From contig CAMVLT010000008.1 of assembly GCA_947168395.1 (NCBI GenBank), positions 44,246-108,245 on the forward strand: a stretch of DNA of 64,000 nucleotides, read 5' to 3'. Positions 19,901 through 28,850 of this stretch are shown here, one piece after another. Both the position numbers and the translations under genes were made by a program. The notes beneath the pieces were generated by a model. That model was given only the letters and a program-made list of their open reading frames with translations. It made no database searches and had not been told where the DNA came from. Origin of the DNA: an uncultured Prevotellaceae bacterium (lineage in GTDB: Bacteria > Bacteroidota > Bacteroidia > Bacteroidales > Bacteroidaceae). Positions within the stretch are counted from its first letter, which is position 1. Each line of letters begins with the position of its first letter.

Positions 19901-19930
19901 CAGAAACTATTATTTACCAATAGCAAAAAT

Positions 19931-22039
19931 ATGAAACAACCCTTAACCCTACTTCTGCTGGCTCTGCCACTAAGTGTGGCGGCACAGAACCCCGTCATCC
20001 GCGACCAGTTCTCGGCTGACCCTACTGCGCGCGTATTTAATAATAAGGTGTACCTGTACCCTTCGCACGACATCCTGCCCCCCGCAGGACAGCGTCAGGA
20101 CTGGTTCTGCATGGAGGACTATCACGTCTTCTCGTCAGAGAACCTGACCGACTGGACTGACCACGGCATGATTGTCACCCAGAACGAGGTGCCCTGGGTG
20201 AGACCTAACTCCTATTCCATGTGGGCACCCGACTGCGTCGAGCGTAACGGAAAGTACTATTTCTATTTCCCATCGGCTCCTGCTGAAGGCAGGGGAGGCT
20301 TCGCCGTCGGTGTAGCCATAGCCAACAGTCCGGAGGGACCGTTCATTCCTGAGCCGGAGCCCATCAAGGGCATCAACGGCATCGACCCGTGCGTGCTCCA
20401 AGCATCCGACGGCAACGCCTACATCTTCTGGGGCAACGGACGTTGTGCCAAGCTGAAGCCCAACATGAAGGAACTCGCCGACGACAACCCCAAGGAAACC
20501 GTCAAGTGGGGCAACCGCGAGATGGAGATGGTCGGCGTACACTGCCTCAAGGACCTGCCCAACCGCCAGGCTGAAGGTCCGTTTGCCTTCGAGGCTAACG
20601 GCTGGTACTACCTCACCTATCCTTACGTGAGGGAGAACACCGAAGTCCTCGGCTACGCCATGAGCAAGAATCCGATGGGACCCTACGAATACAAGGGCCT
20701 GATCATGGCCGAGCACGCCAACGGCTGCTGGACCAACCACCACAGCATCGTGAACTACAAGGGCCAGTGGTACCTGTTCTACCACCACAACTTCTTCTCG
20801 CCGAGGGACGACAAGCGCCGCTCTGTGCAGATTGAGAAGCTTTACTTCAATGCCGACGGTACCATTCAGGAGGTGAAGCCCACCATGCGTGGCGTAGGTA
20901 TCAACAAGGCTACTGAGAAAATACAGATTGACCGCTACAGCGAGGCCGCTGCCGGTGTGACCACCGCCCATGTAGACACCACCCGTGCCTTCAGCGGCGA
21001 CTGTGCCACCATGCCCGCCAAGGGTAGCTGGATAAAATACGACGACATTGACTTCAGCTGCATCACCGACGGCTACATCGTCCTTTCGGCCAAAGCTTCC
21101 GACGACACGGAGTTCTGCATCCGCGAGGGCAACGCCAAGGGCAAGGTCATTGCCCGCTTCAAGATGACGGTGCGTCCACCCGAGCCACCCGCCGGTGCTG
21201 CTGCCAACCCGATGATGAGCCGCTTCAACCGCGACCTGCGCAACCAGTGGCTGAACCAGACGGCCACTTTGGAGTACACGCCGAAGGGTGTCACCAACCT
21301 GGTGGTTACCAACGAGGGCAATGGTGCCCTGAGCATCGACTGGGTGCAGTTCAAGAACCGCCCCAAGTACTTCTCGGCCATCACCACTCCGTCGGCACAG
21401 CCCGACGAGGAAGGCTTCATCCGCCGCTGGATGCTCTTAGAGCCTATCGACAAGCCCAACAGCGGCAACACCGTCTTTACCGACAGCTATCTGCGCGAGC
21501 ACTTCAACCGCGATTATTTCAAGGGCCAGCAGACCATCGTGCCGAAGAACGGCCAGAAGGTTACCGCTGTGTTTAAGCAGGAGCAGGCTCCGGCTGGCTT
21601 CGGACGTGGCATGCAGCAAGCACCCGCCCAGCCCGAGGTGAAGACTGTGAAGCAGACGCTTACATGGCACGCCCTCGACAGCGAGAACTTCAACGTCAAG
21701 CTGTTCCGCTTTGCCGAGAAATACGGCGAGAAGGTCTACGGCGTACTCTTCTGGGCTGTCACCATCATCGACTGCGACGAGGAAATCAAGAACGTGCGCT
21801 TGGCCGTAGGCTCGAACTCAGCTTCCATGTGGTGGCTCAACGGTGAGGAAACCCTGCTGCTCAGCGGCGACCGCCGTATGGTGAAGGACGACGCCATGTC
21901 GAAACGTATCACCCTGAAGAAGGGCCGCAACATCCTGCGCGGTGCCATCATCAACGGCCCCGGCATGAGCGACTTCTGCGTCCGCTTCCTCGACGAGAAA
22001 GGTAACCCAGTAAAGAACTATTCAATCAAAGCACAATAA
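19931..22039 (+). CDS. GH43 glycosidase with CBM6-like module and an additional C-terminal domain
   Basis: Start at ATG 19931 (MKQPLTLLLL signal peptide); FSADPTARVF, MWAPDC, GIDP, EGP, WTNHHSIV. C-terminal domain runs GFIRRWMLLEPI...NGPGMSDFCVRF. Confidence 0.88.
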   Translation: MKQPLTLLLLALPLSVAAQNPVIRDQFSADPTARVFNNKVYLYPSHDILPPAGQRQDWFCMEDYHVFSSENLTDWTDHGMIVTQNEVPWVRPNSYSMWAPDCVERNGKYYFYFPSAPAEGRGGFAVGVAIANSPEGPFIPEPEPIKGINGIDPCVLQASDGNAYIFWGNGRCAKLKPNMKELADDNPKETVKWGNREMEMVGVHCLKDLPNRQAEGPFAFEANGWYYLTYPYVRENTEVLGYAMSKNPMGPYEYKGLIMAEHANGCWTNHHSIVNYKGQWYLFYHHNFFSPRDDKRRSVQIEKLYFNADGTIQEVKPTMRGVGINKATEKIQIDRYSEAAAGVTTAHVDTTRAFSGDCATMPAKGSWIKYDDIDFSCITDGYIVLSAKASDDTEFCIREGNAKGKVIARFKMTVRPPEPPAGAAANPMMSRFNRDLRNQWLNQTATLEYTPKGVTNLVVTNEGNGALSIDWVQFKNRPKYFSAITTPSAQPDEEGFIRRWMLLEPIDKPNSGNTVFTDSYLREHFNRDYFKGQQTIVPKNGQKVTAVFKQEQAPAGFGRGMQQAPAQPEVKTVKQTLTWHALDSENFNVKLFRFAEKYGEKVYGVLFWAVTIIDCDEEIKNVRLAVGSNSASMWWLNGEETLLLSGDRRMVKDDAMSKRITLKKGRNILRGAIINGPGMSDFCVRFLDEKGNPVKNYSIKAQ

Positions 22040-22040
22040 A

Positions 22041-23492
22041 ATGAAAAGACTACATAGCATCCTTGCGGCTATGGCACTGGCAACAGCCGCAAACGCCCAA
22101 ATAGGCGAACCATACATCCACGACCCCTCGACCATCGCTGAGTGCGAAGGCAAGTACTATACATTCGGCACTGGCGGCGGAGGCCTCATCTCCGAGGACG
22201 GCTGGAGCTGGCACGGCGGTGCTGACCGTCCCGGTGGCGGCGCAGCCCCCGACGTGATGAAGATTGGCGACCGTTACCTCTGCATCTACGGTGCCACTGG
22301 CGGCGGCTTGGGCGGCGGTCATAGCGGCCGCATCCTGACCATGTGGAACAAGACGCTCGACCCGAAGTCGCCCGACTTCAAATGGTCCACCGCTGTTGAG
22401 GTTTGCGCCTCCGACGGTATGGAAGACCAGGACGCCATCGACCCCGGTCTGCTGCTCGACCCCACGACGGGACGCCTGTGGGCCAGCTACGGCACCTACT
22501 TCGGCACCATCCGCCTCATTGAGATTGACCCCAAGACGGGCTTCCGCGTCAGCGGCAACAAGGAGAAGGACATTGCCATCGACTGCGAGGCCACCGACCT
22601 CATCTTCCGCAACGGCTGGTACTACCTGTTAGGTACCCACGGCACCTGCTGCGACGGTGTGAACTCCACCTATAACATCGTGGTGGGCCGCGCCAGGAGC
22701 GTTCAGGGGCCCTATATAGATAATGTGGGCCGCGACATGTACCACGGTGGCGGCAAGATGGTCATCGCCGCCGGCGACCGCAAGACGGGTGCCGGACACT
22801 TCGGACGTACCATCATCGACGAGGGCGTGGAGATTCTGTCCTTCCACTGGGAAGCCGACTTCGACATGGGCGGACGCTCCACACTGGCCATCCGTCCCCT
22901 GCTCTGGAAGAACGACTGGCCCGTGGGCGGCGACCAGTTCAAGGGCGGCGTATTCGAGATTGAAAGCGAGCGTCGCGGCTATGCCCTCGAGCTGGCTGTC
23001 GACTTTGTCCGTATGAACGTGCCCCGTCAGGGTGGCTTCGGCAGACCGCAGGCCAACGCCGCTCCTCCCAAGCCAGTAGCCAATCAGACGCTCGATCAGG
23101 TGAGGGGCACATGGCCCGAGGGGAATATCCCCGCCCGCATCGGTGACTACATGTTCCGTCCCCACCAGCGCTGGAACATCCAGCCCGCAGGCAAGGGTGG
23201 CTATCTCGGCGGCCCATACTTCAAGATTACCATCGACGGCACCGAGCGCGCACTGGCCGCTACTGCCGACTGCGAGGTGACCACCGTTCCCGCCTATACC
23301 GGCGCTGACGAGCAGCTGTGGCGCATTGAGCAGCTTACCGACGGTACCTTCCGCATCATGCCGAAGGTCATCCCCGGCCGCGAGGGACTGAACAAGCACA
23401 TCTGCCTCTACTCAGCTGGCGACTCCACCCCCACCCTCGCCGAATACGACTTCAACAGCGACAACTCTAAATGGAACTTCCGCAATCATTGA
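22041..23492 (+). CDS. GH43 (arabinanase-like clade) with C-terminal ricin/beta-trefoil-like module
   Basis: IHDPST, AAPD, DAIDP, DCEATD, GHFG; QRW and QLW repeats near the C-terminus. Confidence 0.85.
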   Translation: MKRLHSILAAMALATAANAQIGEPYIHDPSTIAECEGKYYTFGTGGGGLISEDGWSWHGGADRPGGGAAPDVMKIGDRYLCIYGATGGGLGGGHSGRILTMWNKTLDPKSPDFKWSTAVEVCASDGMEDQDAIDPGLLLDPTTGRLWASYGTYFGTIRLIEIDPKTGFRVSGNKEKDIAIDCEATDLIFRNGWYYLLGTHGTCCDGVNSTYNIVVGRARSVQGPYIDNVGRDMYHGGGKMVIAAGDRKTGAGHFGRTIIDEGVEILSFHWEADFDMGGRSTLAIRPLLWKNDWPVGGDQFKGGVFEIESERRGYALELAVDFVRMNVPRQGGFGRPQANAAPPKPVANQTLDQVRGTWPEGNIPARIGDYMFRPHQRWNIQPAGKGGYLGGPYFKITIDGTERALAATADCEVTTVPAYTGADEQLWRIEQLTDGTFRIMPKVIPGREGLNKHICLYSAGDSTPTLAEYDFNSDNSKWNFRNH

Positions 23493-23525
23493 TTGCGGGA
23501 GTTTCCCTGCTTTATCATTATCCAC

Positions 23526-25247
23526 ATGATGTCAAAAACTATCTACACCCTGCTGCTCGGCACACTTTTCACCCTGCCGGCAAGCGCCCAAATCCGGCTG
23601 AACCAAGTCGGAATGTTCCCCAACCAAGAGAAAACCGCCGTCATCGAAGGTGCGGCGAAGTCCGTTACCATCACCAACGACGCGACGGGCAAGAAGGCCA
23701 CGAAAGTCCGTGTGCTGCGTACCGCCACCTCGCCGTGGTCAAAGAAAAAGCGCACGGTCGTCGACTTCAGCAGCCTGAACCAGCCCGGCACCTATACCAT
23801 CAGCTGCGGCAACGAGACAGCGAAGTTCACCATTGCCCCACAGGCTCTGCGCGATGTCACCGCCGCCACGCTGAAGGCATTCTACCTCACCCGCTCAGGC
23901 ATGCCCATCGAGAAACAGTATGCCGGTGACTATGCCCGTCCCACCGGACACCCCGACACTCGGGTCATCATCCACCCCTCGGCTGCCTCGTTAGGCCGTC
24001 CCGCCGGCAGCATCATCAGTTCGCCGTGGGGATGGTACGATGCTGGCGACTACAACAAGTACATCGTCAACTCGGCATTCTCCGTGGGCATCGTCCTTTG
24101 CAGCTACGAGCAGAACGAGTCGTGGTTCGACGGTCTCAGCGTCAATATCCCTGAGAGCAAGAACCACACCGCCGACGTGCTGGACGAACTGATGTACAAC
24201 CTGCGCTGGATGCTCACCATGCAGGACCCCTACGATGGAGGCGTCTACCACAAGCTGACCACACCCAACTTCGAGGGCTTCGTCATGCCGACGGACTGCA
24301 AGCAGCAGCGCTACGTGGTGCAGAAGTCAACCGCCGCCACGCTCGATTTTGCAGCCGTCATGGCCCAGGCTGCCCGCATCTACAAAGGCAACAAGGACTA
24401 CCCCGAGTTTGCCGACCAGGCCGCCCGCGCCGCTATAGCCGCCTACGGCTGGGCCGAGCGCAACCCCCGCGTGCTCTACATGCAGAACAGGATGAGTGAG
24501 CAGTACAAGCCCACCGTCACCACCGGCGAGTATGGCGACTTCAACCTGACCGACGAATGGTACTGGGCCGCCACCGAGCTGTATCTGCTCACCGGCGACA
24601 AGCTGTTTACTGACATCATCGACAAGAACCAGCCCAAGCGCTTCAGCGCTCCCACCTGGGGCAACGTCGCCGCCCTCGGCACCTACGAGCTGTTGACGCA
24701 AAGCAAATCAACCCTCTTGCCAGCCGGAGAGGCACAGGGGGTGAAGCTTCTATCTTACTGCGACAGCCTCATCGCCACCACCGCCACCTCATCGTTCCAG
24801 ACACCCAACGGCAACTCGCCACGCGACTTCGGCTGGGGCTGTCTGGCCGAAACCTTCGGCACCAATGGCCTGACGCTGCTCTACGCCTACCGGCTCTCGG
24901 GCGACAAGAAGTTTCTCACCGCTGCCCAGCAGGATGCCGACTACGTGTTGGGCCGCAACGCCACGGGCTACTGCTACATCACGGGCTTCGGCACAAAGAG
25001 CCCCATGCACCCCCATCACCGACCCAGCGAGGCTGACGGTGTGGAGGCACCCTATCCCGGCCTGCTCGTCGGTGGTCCCAATCCCGGCCAGCAAGACAAG
25101 GCTGACGTGAAGGATTACCCCTCCGACCAGCCTGACGAGTCCTACACCGACGTCATGCAGTCGTACGCCAGCAACGAGATTGCCATCAACTGGAACGCCT
25201 CCATCCTCGCCCTCCTCGGCTGGTTAGAGGCTGAGCAGAGCAAATAG
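23526..25247 (+). CDS. GH9 endoglucanase with N-terminal Ig-like domain
   Basis: IRLNQVG, GWYDAGDYNKY, MQDP.DGGVYHK, DEWYWAA, LGRNATG, HPHHR, LVGGPN, YASNEIAINWNA. Confidence 0.93.
   Translation: MMSKTIYTLLLGTLFTLPASAQIRLNQVGMFPNQEKTAVIEGAAKSVTITNDATGKKATKVRVLRTATSPWSKKKRTVVDFSSLNQPGTYTISCGNETAKFTIAPQALRDVTAATLKAFYLTRSGMPIEKQYAGDYARPTGHPDTRVIIHPSAASLGRPAGSIISSPWGWYDAGDYNKYIVNSAFSVGIVLCSYEQNESWFDGLSVNIPESKNHTADVLDELMYNLRWMLTMQDPYDGGVYHKLTTPNFEGFVMPTDCKQQRYVVQKSTAATLDFAAVMAQAARIYKGNKDYPEFADQAARAAIAAYGWAERNPRVLYMQNRMSEQYKPTVTTGEYGDFNLTDEWYWAATELYLLTGDKLFTDIIDKNQPKRFSAPTWGNVAALGTYELLTQSKSTLLPAGEAQGVKLLSYCDSLIATTATSSFQTPNGNSPRDFGWGCLAETFGTNGLTLLYAYRLSGDKKFLTAAQQDADYVLGRNATGYCYITGFGTKSPMHPHHRPSEADGVEAPYPGLLVGGPNPGQQDKADVKDYPSDQPDESYTDVMQSYASNEIAINWNASILALLGWLEAEQSK
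24711..24747. repeat. Degenerate REP-like palindrome inside the GH9 CDS
   Basis: accctcttgccagccggagaggcacagggggtgaagc, read as TLLPAGEAQGVK; resembles the right arm of 50605-50710. Confidence 0.45.
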
Positions 25248-25260
25248 GCATATACGCCCC

Positions 25261-25304
25261 CAAAAAACAACGTGACAATGCCGTCATTGTCACGTTGTTT
25301 TTTG
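25261..25304 (+). terminator. Intrinsic terminator after GH9
   Basis: Perfect 20-bp stem CAAAAAACAACGTGACAATG-ccgt-CATTGTCACGTTGTTTTTTG. Confidence 0.85.
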
Positions 25305-25459
25305 AATCTTTTGTCCGTTAACTACAAGGTCATACGCAACTTTTCCCCTATCTTTGGCGTTCTTTTTGGGGAAAAAGCACTACTTTTGCAAAAAAATCAG
25401 CTCACAACGAACGTCGTTTGCTAAATTTTTCATACCTTTGCAACGTCAATAATGTAGTT

Positions 25460-25612
25460 ATGTCATATACAAAAGATCCTATAGTAATTAATAACCCTTC
25501 AGAAAAGTTGCTGAAGACCATCAAGAAACTCAGGGAGCATAAACTTGCTGAGTTGGAGAAACTTCGTAATATGAAGCCTGAGGAATTTTCTTGCAGGATT
25601 ATTTTGAGGTGA
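25460..25612 (+). CDS. Small basic hypothetical protein (about 50 aa)
   Basis: ATG at 25460 gives MSYTKDPIVINNPSEKLLKTIKKLREHK...; TACCTTTG -7 box at 25433-25440. Confidence 0.6.
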   Translation: MSYTKDPIVINNPSEKLLKTIKKLREHKLAELEKLRNMKPEEFSCRIILR

Positions 25613-25964
25613 CGAAAGTACTGCCCAGGAAGTATTACATGCTATTACGGGAAGAATAGCGGATTTGTTTGCAGAAAATGTGAATCTGATTCTTTACTAC
25701 TCTTGTGATGATATGAATCCGATTCCTTCAAGAAATACGAAAAGTGCCAATAAGGCCCTTTCTGTTCAGGAATATCGTAGCAAACTCTTCTCCCATATAT
25801 TCGATTCGTATATGGTAAGCCATCAAGTGTCAGGCTTTTCAAATACACCTATAATAATAGATGGAGAGGGATACAAGCAGTTTATGCACTTAATTGCTCG
25901 TGACAAGCACCAATCCATTGTCGATATTATAAAGAACGATGTCTTAGAGGGTTGGGGAAAGTAG
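25608..25964 (+). pseudogene. 5'-truncated hypothetical protein (DUF6169-like)
   Basis: The open frame GDESTAQEVLHAITGRIADLFAENVNLILYYSCDD...YRSKLFSHIF begins right after an in-frame TGA, with no ATG at the 5' end. It looks like the C-terminal two-thirds of a Bacteroidales family protein. Confidence 0.5.
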
Positions 25965-25997
25965 AATACCAGAAAACATAAAAATGGGGGCATTTTC

Positions 25998-26255
25998 AAA
26001 AAACTCCTAACCTCCTAACCTAATCCTCTGAAACGCCTTTGTACAAAGGGGATGCAGGCGGTTAGGAGTTTTCCTAACTCCTAACCAACACCTAACCCCA
26101 CTACTCACCAACTCAAAGAAGTAAAGGCGCGTTCATTGCGTATTCGGGTTAGGAGTGGGTTAGGAGTAGGTTAGGAGTTCCGGCAACTCCTAACCCACCT
26201 GAAGCCATGATGTACAAAGCATTTGAGGCCCGTTGGGTTAGGTGTTAGGTGTTTT
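25998..26255. repeat. ~255-bp palindromic CTCCTAACC-array element, copy 1 (MITE-like)
   Basis: Inverted termini AAAAACTCCTAACCTCCTAACC and GGGTTAGGTGTTAGGTGTTTT; internal CCTTTGTACAAAGG and TGTACAAAG cores. Homologous to 53326-53574 in inverted orientation. Confidence 0.85.
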
Positions 26256-26294
26256 CCAAAAAAACTTCAAAAAAGCAGCCAGACGATTCTTCGT

Positions 26295-26332
26295 ATCCGC
26301 ATATTCATGCACAATCCGCATAAACATGCACA
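26295..26332. repeat. 19-bp tandem repeat ATCCGCATAWWCATGCACA x2
   Basis: Seen directly; a partial third copy (GCATAAACATGCA) lies at about 26440. Confidence 0.7.
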
Positions 26333-26348
26333 CCGCCCCACCCTCTTG

Positions 26349-26414
26349 AGTTTCCCTACGGTAAAGTCGGAGTTTACCCTACTCAAACCCAGGGTTTCCC
26401 CTACTCAAACTCCC
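26349..26414. repeat. 22-bp-period repeat block B
   Basis: AGTTTCCCTACGGTAAAGTCGG / AGTTTACCCTACTCAAACCCAG / GGTTTCCCCTACTCAAACTCCC. Related blocks lie at about 33300-33340 and 53240-53300. Confidence 0.7.
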
Positions 26415-26604
26415 ACTCAGCCCCGTCCAATCCGTAAGTGCATAAACATGCAATCTGCGGGCAATCACCCGGTAGTGGATTGCTTCAGTTCCTTTATCAC
26501 TGCCAAATCCGCAGGCAGCTTCCGATTATAGGCACATAAAATAATTGTGCGGATTTTGTGATATAAAAAAAAAAATGTACCTTTGCAGGCAAAACTTAAA
26601 TATT

Positions 26605-27915
26605 ATGAGTAATTACAGATACCAGATACAGAATTACCACTCCATAGGAAATGCCGACATTGCTATCAATGGCATTACCGTTTTGGCTGGGGGTAATGGT
26701 GCAGGCAAGAGTACCTTAGCAAGATGGTTATACTATATCGTTAATTCCTCCTATATATATGAAACAGATCGCTTTGAAGAATATCAGCAAAGTCTTGGCA
26801 ATGACATCAGTCAATTATTGACTGTAGAAAAAGAATTTGCTAATGACAATACAGAATTACTAAGCAAAGCCAAGCGTTCTATCCTTGACATAAAATACAA
26901 TAGTGCTGAGAATGTTGACAACGTATTGGAGCTTTATAACACAGCCGTCAAACAATTCTGCGCTGACTTTAAGGATGCCTTACCTTCCTTATCCCAGAAT
27001 TCTCTAAGACGCATACTAAATTATCTTTATTTAGAACGTAAAATTAATGAAACCGATGAGGCATTGATTGAACGTTTTATGAAAGATAAGAATGAAAAAG
27101 GATTATCGGAAAAAGCAGCATTCTTTCTCATGCAAAAGAATCGTCCTGTTGAGAAGTTCTTCAATAAGGCACGGCGGTCTTATCATGAGACAGATAAGCC
27201 AGATAGCATTTCTTTCCAAGAAGATGGCGTTGATATTATTACCAAAGACAAGATAGGCTCCTTACTCGGATTGGACAGTGCCATTTACATCGATACCCCA
27301 ATGGCGCTTAGCGTTACTGACTCGACAAATTATTTTTGGAATGAGTTGCTATTCAAGCTGAAATACCAAGATGATAATATCGAAATAACTAAGGAGGCTA
27401 AGTTGATATTAAATCATATCAGGCAAATTACAGGTGGAGAAGTTGTCGAAAAAAAGGATTTGTTTGGCCAGGATGAACTCTTCTATACTCGACAAAGCGA
27501 TAATTTGACCATCAAGTTAGAAAGCGTAGCTACTGGTATCAAAACCTTTGCCTATATTGAGCAACTATTAAGAAAAGGCTATCTTAATAATCGTGCAATA
27601 TTAATAATAGATGAGCCTGAGGCCCATTTGCACCCACAATGGATAGTGGAATTTGCCAGGCTACTTGTTATGCTTAATAAAGAGATTGGCTTGAAAATAA
27701 TGATTGCCAGCCACGACCCTGACATGGTTTCTGCTATCCGTTATGTTGCTGATGCCGAAGGGGTGCTTACAAATGCCAATTTCTATTTGGCAGAGCATGA
27801 TGCAAATGCAGAAACCTATACTTATAAGGCTTTAGGGCATGACATCGAACCAATTTTCGAGTCATTCAACAAGTCCTTTGACCTAATTGAGAAATACGGA
27901 GTTGACAATGGCTGA
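26605..27915 (+). CDS. ABC/AAA_15-type ATPase with helical insertion
   Basis: IQNYHSI..ADI.INGITVLAGGNGAGKST (Walker A), VATGIK (signature), IIDEPEAHLHPQW (Walker B/D-loop), IASHDP (H-loop). TACCTTTG promoter box at 26578-26585; AT-rich. Confidence 0.88.
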   Translation: MSNYRYQIQNYHSIGNADIAINGITVLAGGNGAGKSTLARWLYYIVNSSYIYETDRFEEYQQSLGNDISQLLTVEKEFANDNTELLSKAKRSILDIKYNSAENVDNVLELYNTAVKQFCADFKDALPSLSQNSLRRILNYLYLERKINETDEALIERFMKDKNEKGLSEKAAFFLMQKNRPVEKFFNKARRSYHETDKPDSISFQEDGVDIITKDKIGSLLGLDSAIYIDTPMALSVTDSTNYFWNELLFKLKYQDDNIEITKEAKLILNHIRQITGGEVVEKKDLFGQDELFYTRQSDNLTIKLESVATGIKTFAYIEQLLRKGYLNNRAILIIDEPEAHLHPQWIVEFARLLVMLNKEIGLKIMIASHDPDMVSAIRYVADAEGVLTNANFYLAEHDANAETYTYKALGHDIEPIFESFNKSFDLIEKYGVDNG

Positions 27916-28399
27916 ATATAAGCTGATAAGTCCAGCTGCAATCCATATCAAGGGTTTGCAACCTGCCGACATCCGTGGCTTACATGACCTTCTCAAACAG
28001 GAAGGGTGTATAGATAGCGAGAATCCTTTTTCAGATAGAGAAAAGGCAATAGCTCTTGATGGAATCCAAGACCGACTCGCACAACGAAACCACTCCAACA
28101 AACAAGCATCAGCCGATATGCTTATCTGTGTCGCCAAAAACAAATATATACTTGCTGATGCTAAGTTCCGACAAGAAAATGTAAGAAACATATCCCCATC
28201 GGAACTTGAATCAAAGTTGGTGAGTTCAAAGTCTATCGTAGAATCTTATGACTATATGTTTGCAAATGCGTTCTATGTGCTTTTCAAAAAGCGCACATTG
28301 AAGCCCACCCAAAAAGCTTTGCTAAAGCGCAAGTTTTCTGGTAGGCCTCAATATCGGTTTATGAATGCTTCGCAATTCTATGAGTTGTTCGAGAGATAA
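27908..28399 (+). CDS. Hypothetical protein, putative PD-(D/E)XK-fold nuclease
   Basis: ATG at 27908 overlaps the ATPase end by 8 nt. SADMLI...YILADAKF fits a D-x(n)-D-x-K motif. Confidence 0.6.
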   Translation: MAEYKLISPAAIHIKGLQPADIRGLHDLLKQEGCIDSENPFSDREKAIALDGIQDRLAQRNHSNKQASADMLICVAKNKYILADAKFRQENVRNISPSELESKLVSSKSIVESYDYMFANAFYVLFKKRTLKPTQKALLKRKFSGRPQYRFMNASQFYELFER

Positions 28400-28414
28400 A
28401 AGTACCGTTGACCA

Positions 28415-28660
28415 TGATTACAAGGATGGCCAACTTTCCTTCTGGGTACTTTTTGGTAATAGACCTACTCTGATAAATCTCAGACGAATAATTGATGCGG
28501 TCAGTTGATATGATACGCTCAATATCGAATGTTCCCAAATTGACCTCTTCGTCAAAAACATAGCAATAATACCTGTCATGATGTGGCGAGGGATAGCCTT
28601 CTTTTATCAAATCTTCCTTTGTCTTCACTTGATACCCTTTTACTCGGAAAGCCTGAGGAG
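28415..28660 (-). pseudogene. Fragment resembling the C-terminal part of a restriction-associated (DUF2357/McrC-like) protein
   Basis: AFRVKGYQVKTKEDLIKEGYPSPHHDRYYCYVFDEEV. There is no credible start and the frame is cut next to repeat block C. Confidence 0.35.
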
Positions 28661-28703
28661 CAATCAAACGGCTACATATTTTCCGGCATAAAATGCTGCC
28701 GTC

Positions 28704-28769
28704 AAAGCCCCCCACCCGACGGGCGAAGACCCCCCACCCGATCGAGCAAGACCCCCCACCCGACGAAGG
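28704..28769. repeat. 22-bp tandem repeat block C (AAGACCCCCCACCCGA... x3)
   Basis: Three units at 28704, 28726 and 28748; one inverted unit at about 53222-53240. Confidence 0.8.
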
Positions 28770-28792
28770 AAGAGGTTATAGGGAATAAAAAA

Positions 28793-28828
28793 TGCCTGCC
28801 GTTGCGATAAACGTCAACGACAGGCAAT
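28793..28828 (-). terminator. Probable terminator of the GH30-GH97 operon
   Basis: TGCCTGCCGTTG...CAACGACAGGCA hairpin with an A-tract on its left, i.e. a U-tract on the minus strand. Confidence 0.6.
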
Positions 28829-28850
28829 TTGCGACAATTAGGGTGTACTA

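Noticed and set aside
19766-19930. N-terminal extensions in the ORF track (also 26545, 33295, 33344, 40534, 47780)
   Set aside because: They run through promoter boxes or upstream genes. Downstream ATGs give proper signal peptides or family N-termini.
25998-26414. Possible CRISPR array or telomere-like repeats
   Set aside because: Units are 7-22 bp, degenerate and in both orientations, with no unique spacers of constant length and no cas genes. The TTAGG similarity alone is not evidence of telomere function.
26223-26531. 102-aa ORF
   Set aside because: It is a translation of repeat DNA with a TTG start and no protein-like features.
28704-28769. Possible mini-CRISPR
   Set aside because: The 22-bp period leaves only about 6 variable bases, too short for spacers.
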